Below, one piece after another: positions 37,445 through 47,450 of a stretch of 64,000 nt of DNA (position 1 is its first letter; each line of letters starts with the position of its first letter). This DNA is from an uncultured delta proteobacterium. Its GTDB lineage: Bacteria; Desulfobacterota; Binatia; UBA9968. The translations under genes were made by a program, and so were the position numbers. Below the pieces are notes generated by a model. It had not been told where the DNA came from, did no database searches, and saw nothing but the letters and a program-made list of their open reading frames with translations. The DNA lies in NCBI GenBank assembly GCA_963840855.1, contig CAWJBB010000069.1, forward strand, positions 32,001 to 96,000. The letters are read 5' to 3'.

Positions 37445-39399
37445 TTATTTCGGACGCTGGATGCGCAGCGCCCTGATGCGGGAGTTGAGCGTCGAAGGAT
37501 TCATGCCGAGCAGCGCGGCGGCGCCGTCTTTGCCGGCCACGCGCCACGCTGTGGATTCCAGGGCACGCAGGATATTCTCGCGCTCTAACTGTTGCAGGTC
37601 GCGAATTCGAAGAATGCGGTTTGAAGCCTCCGGCGTCGTCTCTTCTGCTGGCCGCCTTTCAGGAATTGTCTGACCGCCGGCATCCGGTAGAGCGCGGTCG
37701 AGATTGAGACGGCCGTCCCGAGAAGTAATGACCGCGCGCTCGATGACGTTTTGCAACTCGCGCACGTTGCCCGGCCATGAATAAGCCATGAGCCGTCGCT
37801 TGTATTCGTCGGATAACGGTTCGATCTTCCGTCCCAACCGTTGGGCGAACTTGGCGGCGAAAGCGGAGGCGAGCAGAATGACATCATCGCTCCGCTTCCT
37901 CAAGGGCGGCACTTCGATGGGAAAAACGTTCAACCGATAATACAGGTCTTCTCTGAACGCTCCGTCTCTTACGGCTTGGCCGAGATCTCGATTCGTCGCG
38001 GCCATCACGCGAACGTCCACTTTATTCGTATGTGAACTGCCGACGGGCGCGATTTCGCCCTCCTGCAAGACGCGCAGTAGTTTAGCTTGTAAATCAAGGG
38101 ACAATTCGGCAATCTCGTCGAGAAAAATCGTCCCATGATCCGCCAGCGCGAAGCGTCCCTCACGTTTTTGAGTCGCTCCTGTAAAAGCGCCCTTTTCATG
38201 TCCGAAAAATTCGCTCTCCATAAGCGCAGCCGGGATCGCCGCACAGTTGATCGTGATGAGCGGCTTGTCGCGCCGGCGGCTGGCCCCATGGATCGCCCGA
38301 GCGATCAGCTCTTTTCCCGTGCCGGTCTCGCCGAGAATCAGAACCGTCGCGTCAGTGACCGCGACTTGCTCGACGTCTTCCAAGACACGCTTCAGCGCAT
38401 CGCTCTGTCCGAGAATTTCGTCAAACCCGCGGAGGCTTTTGATCTCCTCCCGCAGATACGCCGCTTCCGCCGCCAGCGAATGAATTTTGCGGTCGGCTTC
38501 GAGTCTATCATTGATGTTTCTCAGGATAACGGAGTAGAAGCTCCGCCGCTCAATCTCAAAATGCGACAAGGTCGCCTCGGCTGGAAACTCCTTCCCGCCT
38601 ACGGGCAAGGCTTGAAGCCCGCCTGGAATCCATAAGGACCGGCGTCCTGGGGTGCCGGCGCCAAGTTCGTGAATTAGGGTCGTGAGTTTCCTCCGACTTT
38701 CCTCAGAGAGAAGCGTGCTGAAACTTTCACCCATCACCTGTTGGGCCTCGCAATGAAAGGCTTGCTCCGCGGCGGGATTCATCCGGGTCACCTTCAGGCT
38801 CTCATCGAATTCGATGACGGCATCCATGGCGCTGTCGAACAGCCCGCGTAGTTTTTCTTCGCGCTCCCGAACTTGTTTCTCGGCCCGCAGTCTTTGCATT
38901 TCGGCGGTCGCGCGAGCGGCAAAAATATTGAAAAGCGCAAGCACCCGCGGCTCTTCTGGCATGGGCCGTCGATCGATCACCGCCAAGTGCCCTAAAATTC
39001 TGCCGTCAACGTCCTTTAAAGGCATTCCCATGTAGCTGACGGCGCCGACGTCTTTAATGTCCGGATCATCGGGGTACAGTTCGAGCAAATTGTCAGGGAA
39101 ATGGACAAAGATTGGCCGTGTCGATGACTTGCTCGCACGGTGTTCCGGCGATATCGATCTCGTAATTTTGGATCCATTGCCCGTCCATCCAAAAGGCAAG
39201 CGCCCGAAGCCGGCGGACTTTCTTGGATATACTCCGTGACCCAAGCGCCATGGGTATTCAGCGCTCTGGCCAGATTTTCAACGAGGGCTGCAAAAAAGCG
39301 CTCCCCCGTCTCCTTCGCCGTTCCTTCGAGGATGCTTCGCAGCGCAACTCCTTCATCGAGTCCGCCAAGGGGAAGCGTTATCGGGTGCGTGTCGGGCAT
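37445..39399 (-). CDS. sigma54 enhancer-binding protein, GAF-PAS-AAA-HTH (FhlA-like); two +1 frameshifts near 39107-39215
   Basis: GETGTGKE, GAFTGA, HTH; removing one C and one T in homopolymers restores ...VTEYIQESRRLRALAFWMDG...GTPCEQVI...VHFP. Confidence 0.85.
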
Positions 39400-39609
39400 T
39401 GGAAATAGCTAGTGCATCGCGCCGGGATCGCAGCGATAAACCGGCGACCGTACCATGGTTTTGTACCCGCAATATCCGAGACCGGCAAGCTCATGTCAAG
39501 CGCACAAAACTCGGGAAGCACTGAGGGGATTTTTCTGGAGTGGGGATGGCGGAGCACTCGTTTTTCACAAACTTTTTTTACGGCGCCAGGGGCGATGCGG
39601 CAAGGTCGG

Positions 39610-40533
39610 TTATCGACCGGTAATGAGTACGACGCCGGCGACCATTAAAATCACGCCGAAGATGATGCGCGAGTTGACGGTCTCGAGGTCGCGCAGAAAC
39701 AGCAAACTAAGAAAGACGGTAAACAGCGGCGTGGTATTGAGCAAAGGAATGATCACCGATAATTGGCCGCGTCCCAATGCAATAAAATTAAGAATCTGGG
39801 CCACCACCGCGACCAGGGCGGCGGCAAAAAAGAACCCAAAACTCTTGCGCTCCATGCGGAATTGCCCCGTCCTGCCGGTGGTGAAAACGAACATCAATAG
39901 CAGAATAAGCGACACGGTCGTGACCACCGCCACCGCCACGAACGGATCAGGAATGATTGCCAGGGCTTGTTTGCGCAGGGTTTGCGAAATCGTGGAAATC
40001 AACGCGGCGCTGATGGGAAATGCCGTGTCGATAAGGCGCCAATTGGTGTCACCCTTTTGTTTGCCGGAAATCAGCCAGAGGCTACCAACGATCAAAGTCG
40101 TTCCGAGATAAACCGAAAATCCGGGTTGCTCGTTAAAAATCGTCACAGCCACCAGCGCGGCAAAAAAAGGCTCCACGCCGCGCAGCGGCCCGGCGCGGGC
40201 AACGCCGATGCGGGTGATGCCTTCGTAAAATAGAGCGCGGGCGAGGAGCGGCTGTATACAGCCACTGATCGCGTAGTAGATCATCGCCGGTGACCTGAGA
40301 AAATCCAGGGAGGTGGTCGCAATCAGATAGCTCCACACGCAGAAAATGGAAACGGTGTAGCTCACGAGCATGGCGGCAAAAATATTGGACCGCCGCAGTC
40401 CGAACCGGACCAAAACAGAATCTCCCGCCCAGCCCATGGCGGAACAGATGGCGACGATTTCAGCGAACAAAGGTGACGACTTTCTAAGGATTGTTGGAAG
40501 ATTCAAATAAACTGAGGGGGCGCTATTTTGCAA
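39610..40533 (-). CDS. DMT/EamA family transporter
   Basis: About 10 TM segments, two EamA-like halves. Confidence 0.82.
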   Translation of the reverse strand: MQNSAPSVYLNLPTILRKSSPLFAEIVAICSAMGWAGDSVLVRFGLRRSNIFAAMLVSYTVSIFCVWSYLIATTSLDFLRSPAMIYYAISGCIQPLLARALFYEGITRIGVARAGPLRGVEPFFAALVAVTIFNEQPGFSVYLGTTLIVGSLWLISGKQKGDTNWRLIDTAFPISAALISTISQTLRKQALAIIPDPFVAVAVVTTVSLILLLMFVFTTGRTGQFRMERKSFGFFFAAALVAVVAQILNFIALGRGQLSVIIPLLNTTPLFTVFLSLLFLRDLETVNSRIIFGVILMVAGVVLITGR

Positions 40534-40600
40534 CCTTTGACGTGTTACTCAATAAGACAACGGCTCGTAAAACCTAGTTACCGGCTGTATCACTCGAGGG

Positions 40601-40678
40601 CGTCATTCCCGCGAGAGCGGGAAGGTTGATTTGAAACGGCGTTGGCGCGAAGACCGGATGCCCGCTTTTTGCGGGCAG
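40601..40678. repeat. REP-like element
   Basis: CGTCATTCCCGCGAGAGCGGGAA...CCGGATGCCCGC-TTTT-TGCGGGCA; related to 1221-1307. Confidence 0.55.
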
Positions 40679-40877
40679 GATGGATGGGAGATCACCGACT
40701 GCTTTGGCAATTGTCTGGGACAGATCAGCAGCGCTGAAAAATTCTTTTTACAGGCTGGTCAAAGGGTCTCAGAGGCACGGCGTGGGATACATCAACGGGC
40801 GGAAATCGTACTCTCGTTTCTCGTACTCGTGATGGGGCGAACACAAGCGACGAACACGAACAACGAAAACTACCCGC

Positions 40878-41087
40878 CTAGGCGATGTCGCGAATGCGCG
40901 AAAAGGTGGCTTGCAGCTTGCTCAGCTCAGCCCTAAACCAGCGCTGCGTTCGCTGATGGCGGTTGAGGTGTGGTTTGAGCAAAGACTTGGGGTACATCTT
41001 GGCGCCGCAGGAGTTGCATGTCGCCGCCGAAAAGCTTTTTTTCCTATAAACGATGGTTTTTAAAGCGCCGGCCGATACCGTTTGCAT
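40878..41087 (-). CDS. 69-aa protein with a C2H2 zinc-finger pattern
   Basis: GGAGGAGG RBS; C-x2-C-x12-H-x3-H (CNSCGAKMYPKSLLKPHLNRH). Confidence 0.7.
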   Translation of the reverse strand: MQTVSAGALKTIVYRKKSFSAATCNSCGAKMYPKSLLKPHLNRHQRTQRWFRAELSKLQATFSRIRDIA

Positions 41088-41116
41088 GATCTCCTCCTCC
41101 GTTGAAAGAGGTTTGG

Positions 41117-41132
41117 AGCAAAGCACATGCCA
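41117..41132 (-). promoter_or_regulatory. sigma54 promoter
   Basis: TGGCAT-GTGCT-TTGCT about 30 nt upstream of ATG 41087. Confidence 0.65.
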
Positions 41133-41417
41133 GCCATTACAGCAGGCTGCCAACCTGTGCCAGCCATGATTTTTCTGGTTTCTCGCTCGAGTGAAAGCAA
41201 TGGACGGCGTCGCCTGTGAACTTTGTTGCGACAACGTCGTGCCAGCAGTCATATTTTGTGGCGCCGTGCGATGAAGGACAGCCAATCGAGTGCTTGGCAA
41301 TTTGCAGCCAGTAAGCGGCGCCTTTTTTTACCCCCTTGGCTTGAGAAAGGCGGGCGGAAGTGAATCTCCAAAAAATCTATTTCAGATGGCTTTCTCGTGT
41401 CAATCCGGCTGAGCACG

Positions 41418-42395
41418 CTATGCTTTGCCGAGGGCTTGGCGTGCGGCGTGGATGATTCGGTTCTTATCGGGAACGAAACTCTTTTCAAGCGCCGGGCTGG
41501 CCGGCACCGGCGCCAGCGGCGCGGCGACGCGCAGGATGGGGCTATCGAGATAATAAAACACGGCTTGCTGCGCTTGGGCGATGATCTCGGCCGCTATGCC
41601 TCCTTGCTCCACGGCTTCGTGGACGATGACCAGGCGGCTGGTTTTCTTGACGGACTCGGCAATGGTCTCGATATCGAGAGGGGAAAGGCTGCGCGGATCG
41701 ATGACCTCTACTGAGATGCCCGAGCCAGACAGTTCTTCGGCTGCGGCCAGCGCCGCGCCAAGCATATTGGCTAAGGCAACGATGGTCAGGTCTATTCCTT
41801 CCCGGACGATTGACGCTTTCCCGATAGGCACAACCACGTCACCTTCGGGAACCTGACCGCGCGACCAGTAGAGGCCACGGTGTTCTATAAAAACCACCGG
41901 GTTTTCTTCGCGGATGGCGGACTTGAGTAATCCTCGCGCGTCGGCCGGATTCGACGGCATGACGACTTTTAAGCCGGGCACGTGAGTCAACCATGCCTCC
42001 AAGCTTTGCGAATGGTGCGCGCCCATGGCGCCGCTGATGCCACACTGGACCCTGACGGTGAGAGGAATTTTTAACTGCCCCCCGGACATGTAGTGAAGCT
42101 TCGCAGCGTGATTGACTAACTGGTCCAGCGCCAGCGTGATGAAATCGATGAACATGATCTCGACCACAGGCTTGAGTCCCGCCGTGGCGGCGCCGATCGC
42201 CAGGCCCATGACCGTAGCCTCGCTTATGGGTGTATTCACCACACGGTTAGGGCCGAATTTTTCCGCGAGACCTTTCGTCACGCCGAAGGGACCGCCGAGG
42301 GACACGTCTTCACCGAAGAGGTAAACCGACGTATCGCGGTTCATCTCTTCAGCCAGTCCGGCGCCGATGGCGTCTAAAAAGGTTTGTTCAGTCAT
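41418..42395 (-). CDS. 2-oxoacid/acetoin dehydrogenase E1 beta subunit
   Basis: GEDV, TPISE, EIMF.DF, GAHHSQ. Confidence 0.9.
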   Translation of the reverse strand: MTEQTFLDAIGAGLAEEMNRDTSVYLFGEDVSLGGPFGVTKGLAEKFGPNRVVNTPISEATVMGLAIGAATAGLKPVVEIMFIDFITLALDQLVNHAAKLHYMSGGQLKIPLTVRVQCGISGAMGAHHSQSLEAWLTHVPGLKVVMPSNPADARGLLKSAIREENPVVFIEHRGLYWSRGQVPEGDVVVPIGKASIVREGIDLTIVALANMLGAALAAAEELSGSGISVEVIDPRSLSPLDIETIAESVKKTSRLVIVHEAVEQGGIAAEIIAQAQQAVFYYLDSPILRVAAPLAPVPASPALEKSFVPDKNRIIHAARQALGKA

Positions 42396-42459
42396 AACTG
42401 CTTTGGTTCCAATGGTTCCAGTGGTTTCAATCGTTCCAATCGTTGAACAAAGAGGTGTA

Positions 42460-43431
42460 TCAGTCAGCGGTCACCTGAGTCGCGACTTCCTCGTTCGATG
42501 GCCAGGGAGAGGAAAGAGAGAACGCGGCGGCCTTTTCGGCGCGGGCGCGCGCGTCGTTTTCGAGATCTTCAAGCTCTTTGTCAGATATGATTTTCTTGCT
42601 CTTTAACAGCCGAGATACGCGCGCGATGGGATCTTTCTTTTTCCACTCGGTGAGCTGCGAAAGCTCCCGGTATTTCGCCGGGTCCCCTTCATAGTGGCCG
42701 CGCATGCGGTGCGTGAGGCATTCGACGAAAACCGGTCCTTGACCCTTTCGACAATGCTCGACCGCTTTGCTCATCGCCCGGCGCACCGCCAGCAAATCAT
42801 TTCCATCCACCGTGCTTGCGGGGATGCCGTAAGTCTTGGCATGCTGCGCCAAGCGCTCGATTTTCGTATGAGCCGAGAGCGGCGTGAACTCGGCGTAACC
42901 GTTGTTTTCGCAGACGAAGATGACGGGAAGTTGCCAGAGGCTGGCGATGTTAAGCGACTCGTGAAAATGGCCGGCTTGACCGGCCCCGTCGCCGAAGAAG
43001 ACCACGGCAACCTGGCGTTGTTTCTTTTCCTTGGCGGCGAATGCCGCACCGAGAGCCAGGGGAATTGTGCCGCCGACGACGCCGGTGGCCGTAATGAAAC
43101 CCGCTTCGGCCGCGACGATATGCATTGAGCCGCCTTTACCGCCGCAGTAACCGTTGGCGCGGCCGGCGATCTCGGCCATGAGCCGATTGATGTCGGCGCC
43201 TTTGGCAATGGCGTGGCCATGCGAGCGGTGGCCGCCGAAGACGTAGTCATCGTTGCGCAAGAGGCTGCAAGCGCCCACCGCCACTGCTTCCTGGCCGATG
43301 CCCAGATGGAGCAGGCCGACGATTTCGCGCGCGGCGTAGAGCTCCGAGACTTTCTCTTCAAAAGCGCGGATGAGCCACATGCGGCGCAGTAGGTCGACTA
43401 GCGCCTTCGGAGTTTCTTTTTTAGCCGCCAT
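42460..43431 (-). CDS. 2-oxoacid/acetoin dehydrogenase E1 alpha subunit
   Basis: GKGGSMH, GDGA...ENN, RMRGH. Confidence 0.9.
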   Translation of the reverse strand: MAAKKETPKALVDLLRRMWLIRAFEEKVSELYAAREIVGLLHLGIGQEAVAVGACSLLRNDDYVFGGHRSHGHAIAKGADINRLMAEIAGRANGYCGGKGGSMHIVAAEAGFITATGVVGGTIPLALGAAFAAKEKKQRQVAVVFFGDGAGQAGHFHESLNIASLWQLPVIFVCENNGYAEFTPLSAHTKIERLAQHAKTYGIPASTVDGNDLLAVRRAMSKAVEHCRKGQGPVFVECLTHRMRGHYEGDPAKYRELSQLTEWKKKDPIARVSRLLKSKKIISDKELEDLENDARARAEKAAAFSLSSPWPSNEEVATQVTAD

Positions 43432-43553
43432 AAATTTTTGTTCGCAAGAATCCTGGAACGCGCCATTAGATCAAGGGACTGTTAAAATGCGCCGACCCGT
43501 CCAACTTTCTCTGCCCGAATCAGGGAAACGCGGGACTCCGGACTTGAAATCGT

Positions 43554-44525
43554 CTAAGCCAGGGCCGCGCGAATCGCTTTTGTGATGCGAGCCTCGGTTG
43601 GCCCGATGTATTCTTCCAGCGGCGGGCTGTAGGGCACGGGCACATCCAGCGTCGAGACGCGCCGGATCGCGGTTTTTAGTTTATCGAAGCCGGACTCGGC
43701 GATGCGCGCGGCGATTTCAGCGGCAACGCCGCAACTCTGATGAGTTTCATCGGCGATAACCACACGGCCGGTTTTTTCCACGGAAGATAAGACCGTCGCC
43801 AAGTCGAACGGCACCAGAGTGCGCGGGTCGACGACTTCGACTTCGATTTTTTCCTTGGCAAGCTGTTCGGCGGCTTTCAGACATACTTGAACCGTGTACG
43901 ATGTCGCGATCAACGTGACATCACTGCCCTGGCGTTTCACATCCGCCACCCCGAACGGAATCGGCATATCGTTTTCGGGCACATCGCCGCGGATATCCAA
44001 TAATTTTGTGTGATCGACGAAGATGGTTGGATTGTCACTGGCAACGGCCGTCTTGAGCAGGCCTTTGACGTCGCGCGGCGAGGATGGGATCGCGATTTCC
44101 AACCCCGGGCAATTCCACAGCATGGCTTGGGGGCTGCCCGAGTGTTGGGCCGCGCCGCCGCCGCGAAGACCATGAAATAAATGAAAGACAACGGGAACAC
44201 GAGTCTGCCCGCCGGACATGGAGAAAGCATTGGCCGCTTCGTTGGCGACCTGGGGCCAGGCCTCGTAGATAAAACTGCCAGTGCTGAGATCGACGACGGG
44301 ACGAAGTCCCGCCATCGCCGCGCCCGTCGCCAGGCCGCAGAAACCGAGCTCGGAGATCGGCGGTGAGATCATGCGCTCGCCGTATCTCTGCAACAGGTTT
44401 TGGTAGATATGGCGATGGGGACTCAGGCTCAGAAAGGTGCCGTTGATCAAATGCACTCGCGGGTCAGCGGCCATGATTTCGTCCAATGCCTCGAATTTCG
44501 CTTCGTAGTAAGCAAGTTCTCTCAT
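43554..44525 (-). CDS. E1 beta subunit (divergent)
   Basis: PISE, AAQHS, DPRTLVP; lacks GEDV. Confidence 0.85.
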   Translation of the reverse strand: MRELAYYEAKFEALDEIMAADPRVHLINGTFLSLSPHRHIYQNLLQRYGERMISPPISELGFCGLATGAAMAGLRPVVDLSTGSFIYEAWPQVANEAANAFSMSGGQTRVPVVFHLFHGLRGGGAAQHSGSPQAMLWNCPGLEIAIPSSPRDVKGLLKTAVASDNPTIFVDHTKLLDIRGDVPENDMPIPFGVADVKRQGSDVTLIATSYTVQVCLKAAEQLAKEKIEVEVVDPRTLVPFDLATVLSSVEKTGRVVIADETHQSCGVAAEIAARIAESGFDKLKTAIRRVSTLDVPVPYSPPLEEYIGPTEARITKAIRAALA

Positions 44526-44631
44526 GTAGAATCCTCAGGGTTCCTGGTTTCAAGTTTATGGTTTCTAGTTGGAACTCTTGAGTCGCGGTCTTGATAACCA
44601 GAAACTAGTAACCAGAAACTAGAAACTTTAG

Positions 44632-45651
44632 TTACGCGAAGTAATCCCTTTCGGCTTCTTCCAGTTTCGGGTAGGGGCTGTTGACCGCGAACTCGACGGC
44701 GGCGGCAATCTGGGATTTCACTTGGCCCTCGATGCCGGTAATTTCATCCTTGGTCGCTTGCTCCGTTTCCACCAATTCACGAATAAAGATCAGCAGCGGG
44801 TCGCAGCTGCGATACCACTCGCGGGCTTTTTCCGGAACGCTGCTCACATCCCATGCGAGCGAAGTATCCGTCGGCCGCGGCACCGTCGGCCAGTTCGTCT
44901 CGCTGCCGGGATATCGAACGGTTTGCGCTTCGACGAACTGCGGCCCCTCGCCGCGGCGAATTTTCTCCACCGCTTCGGCGATCGTCGCGTGCACCAGGCC
45001 GGCATCCATGCCGTCGATCTGCTGCGCTGGAACTTTGTAGGCTTTAGGCAGTTCGGTCAGCGGATACGCCGCCATCGTCGATGACTGCGCGGCCGCGACG
45101 GCGCGGCCGGCGCCGTATTTGCCGTTGTTCTCGCAGAGAAACAGCACCGGCAATTTGTAGAGCGAAGCGAGGTTAAACGCTTCCGGCGCGGCGCCTTCTT
45201 CCAGAGAGCCATCGCCGAACAGGCAGACGGTGATGCGCCCATTTTTCTGGGCTTTTGAAGCATAAGCGGTGCCGGTCGAGAGCGGAATGATTCCCGCGAC
45301 AACGCCGGAGCTGTGCAGAAAACCGAGTGACGGCGCGACGGAATGGAACGAGCCGCCCTTTCCCTTATTCAAGCCGTCGGCTCGTCCCAAGATTTCGGCA
45401 TAGAGGTTTTTCGGCTCGACGCCGCGGGCGAGTAGATGACCATGGTTTCTGTGCGTTGTGAAGAGATAATCATCAGAGCGCAGACAGGAAATCGCCGGCA
45501 CGCCGGTTCCCTCTTGCCCGACGTAAAGGTGGTAGTGTCCGCCAAATACTCCTTTGTCATGGAGCGGCACCAGATTCTCTTCAAAGTGGCGGATGACGAA
45601 CATCCGGCGGCACATTTCCAACAACTGTTCTCGCGGCATTCTGGGTATCAT
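44632..45651 (-). CDS. E1 alpha subunit (divergent)
   Basis: GQEG, HRNHGH, GKGGSFH, GDG...ENN; RYPGS in place of RxxGH. Confidence 0.85.
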   Translation of the reverse strand: MIPRMPREQLLEMCRRMFVIRHFEENLVPLHDKGVFGGHYHLYVGQEGTGVPAISCLRSDDYLFTTHRNHGHLLARGVEPKNLYAEILGRADGLNKGKGGSFHSVAPSLGFLHSSGVVAGIIPLSTGTAYASKAQKNGRITVCLFGDGSLEEGAAPEAFNLASLYKLPVLFLCENNGKYGAGRAVAAAQSSTMAAYPLTELPKAYKVPAQQIDGMDAGLVHATIAEAVEKIRRGEGPQFVEAQTVRYPGSETNWPTVPRPTDTSLAWDVSSVPEKAREWYRSCDPLLIFIRELVETEQATKDEITGIEGQVKSQIAAAVEFAVNSPYPKLEEAERDYFA

Positions 45652-45945
45652 GATGATTTGTGACTTAGTTCAATTCAGCGACGTTTGTCAACGTCCCAGG
45701 GAAACGTCAAATTCAGTTTCACTTTACTGAATTGAATTCACAACTGGCGTTTGTCGAAAAATCCTCCCTTCCCCCCTTTTGAAAAAGAGGAGAATAAAAA
45801 GTCTCCTTTTGTAAAGGGAGATTTAGAGGGATTTTTAATCTGCTCAACACGATTTGGACGAGACCCTGGTCAACGTCCATTTGACAATGTTCGGGCGTGG
45901 AAGCTAGATTTCATTCGACGTATCATCTCCAAGGAGGTAACGACG

Positions 45946-46944
45946 ATGCGTAGCCGGTGGTGGTCGATGCTCTGGTTTCTCGGGGTTTCATTGACGCTGC
46001 CGCTTCCCGTATCCGCGCAGGTCAAGGGACTCAAGAAAGTCCACGTGGGGGTGCCCGCCATCAGCATGGGCAACATCATTATTTACTTTTCCAAGGACGC
46101 CAAGATTTACGAGAAGCACGGTTTGGACGCTGAACCAGTATCGATGTCAGGTTCCGGCATCGCCTCACGAGCTCTGATCGCCGGCAGCGTGATCATATCG
46201 CCTATTACCACTCCAGCGGTGATGAGCGCCGTACTTGCCGGTTCGGATATGGTGATTTTGGCCCATACTATGCCAGGCGTGATCCAATCGCTGGTGGTGC
46301 GGCCGGACATAAAACGACCCGAGGATCTCAAGGGAAAAACAATTGGCGTCACGACATTCGGGTCGCTGGGCGATTTCCTTGTACGGCACCTTGCCAGGCA
46401 AAAAGGACTCAATCCGGACAAGGACTTTGCGCTACGTCAAATCGGTGCTGACCCCGAGCGGTTTATTATGCTGCGGCAGGGAAGCATTCAAGCGGCAACT
46501 CTCTCCCATCCGACGTTCATCCTAGCACAACGGCTGGGATTCCAGGTGTTATGGGACTTTTTCAGAGACGTCGAATATCCGTGGAGTGAGATCGCCACCA
46601 CCCGCAGTCTGATTAAGCAAGACCGTGACCTCGTGATGCGCTACATGCGCGCCCACCTCGAAGGCATCGCCCGTTTCAAGCAGGAGCCCGATTTAGCCAA
46701 GAAAGTCATCAAAAAAATGCTCCGACTGGACGACGAGTCGCTGGCGCAAGAGTCCTGGGAGTTGTTCGCAAAACACCGTATCGCCGCGCCCTATCCGAAC
46801 ATCAAGGGAATGAAAACAAGCTACGAATACGTCGCGCAAACCCGGCCTGACGTGTGGAAGCACAAGCCGGAGGAATTCGTCGATTCGAGTTTTGTCGAGG
46901 AATTGGATAAGAGCGGCTTCATCAAGAAACTCTACGAGAAGTAA
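45946..46944 (+). CDS. ABC transporter substrate-binding protein (NitT/TauT, NMT1-like)
   Basis: AGGAGG RBS, signal peptide, DLKGKTIGV, FVDSSFVEEL. Confidence 0.85.
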   Translation: MRSRWWSMLWFLGVSLTLPLPVSAQVKGLKKVHVGVPAISMGNIIIYFSKDAKIYEKHGLDAEPVSMSGSGIASRALIAGSVIISPITTPAVMSAVLAGSDMVILAHTMPGVIQSLVVRPDIKRPEDLKGKTIGVTTFGSLGDFLVRHLARQKGLNPDKDFALRQIGADPERFIMLRQGSIQAATLSHPTFILAQRLGFQVLWDFFRDVEYPWSEIATTRSLIKQDRDLVMRYMRAHLEGIARFKQEPDLAKKVIKKMLRLDDESLAQESWELFAKHRIAAPYPNIKGMKTSYEYVAQTRPDVWKHKPEEFVDSSFVEELDKSGFIKKLYEK

Positions 46945-46979
46945 TCAGCGCGGGAATGGCGCAATTTCGTTGATACGCG

Positions 46980-47414
46980 ATGGACCAGGACGAATATTTG
47001 AAGAATCGCGTCGATGACCAGATCGCCTGGTACGAACGCAAAAGCGCCAGCAATCAACGCTGGTTTCGCCGGTTGCGCATCATCGAGATCGTGGCCGCCG
47101 CTTTGATTCCATTGCTCGCGGCGTATGGCGATTGGGATCCGCTGAAAATCGCAGTCGCGGCGCTGGGCTTAGTGATTGCCGTCATTGCCGGCATCCTCGG
47201 ACTGTTCCAATTTCAAGAGAACTGGACATCTTGTCGCAGCACCTGTGAATCTCTCAAACAGGAGAAATATCTCTTCCTCACGAAAACTGGGTCTTACGAT
47301 CAGAAAGAGCCGTTTCCGCTGTTCGTGCAGCGTGTCGAGGGACTTATGGCCAGGGAACATTCCGCATGGGCGCAATCCGTTCGCACCGCCGGCAAGGAAA
47401 AGAGCCAGGAGTAA
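46980..47414 (+). CDS. DUF4231 / SLATT-type two-TM protein
   Basis: YLKNRVDDQIAWY, two TM helices, ENW...R.TCESLKQEK. Confidence 0.8.
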   Translation: MDQDEYLKNRVDDQIAWYERKSASNQRWFRRLRIIEIVAAALIPLLAAYGDWDPLKIAVAALGLVIAVIAGILGLFQFQENWTSCRSTCESLKQEKYLFLTKTGSYDQKEPFPLFVQRVEGLMAREHSAWAQSVRTAGKEKSQE

Positions 47415-47450
47415 TTATTGAATGATGGATATTCTGGCGCAATATTGGAT

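Noticed and set aside
45660-45740. TTAGTTCAATTCAG / CTGAATTGAATT as another copy of the 70-bp element
   Set aside because: Only about 10-nt matches in a different arrangement; more likely an operator in a divergent promoter.
45751-45945. N-terminal extension of the NitT/TauT SBP
   Set aside because: It translates an intergenic CCCCCTTT/AAAGGG palindrome; the real start is ATG 45946 with an AGGAGG RBS.
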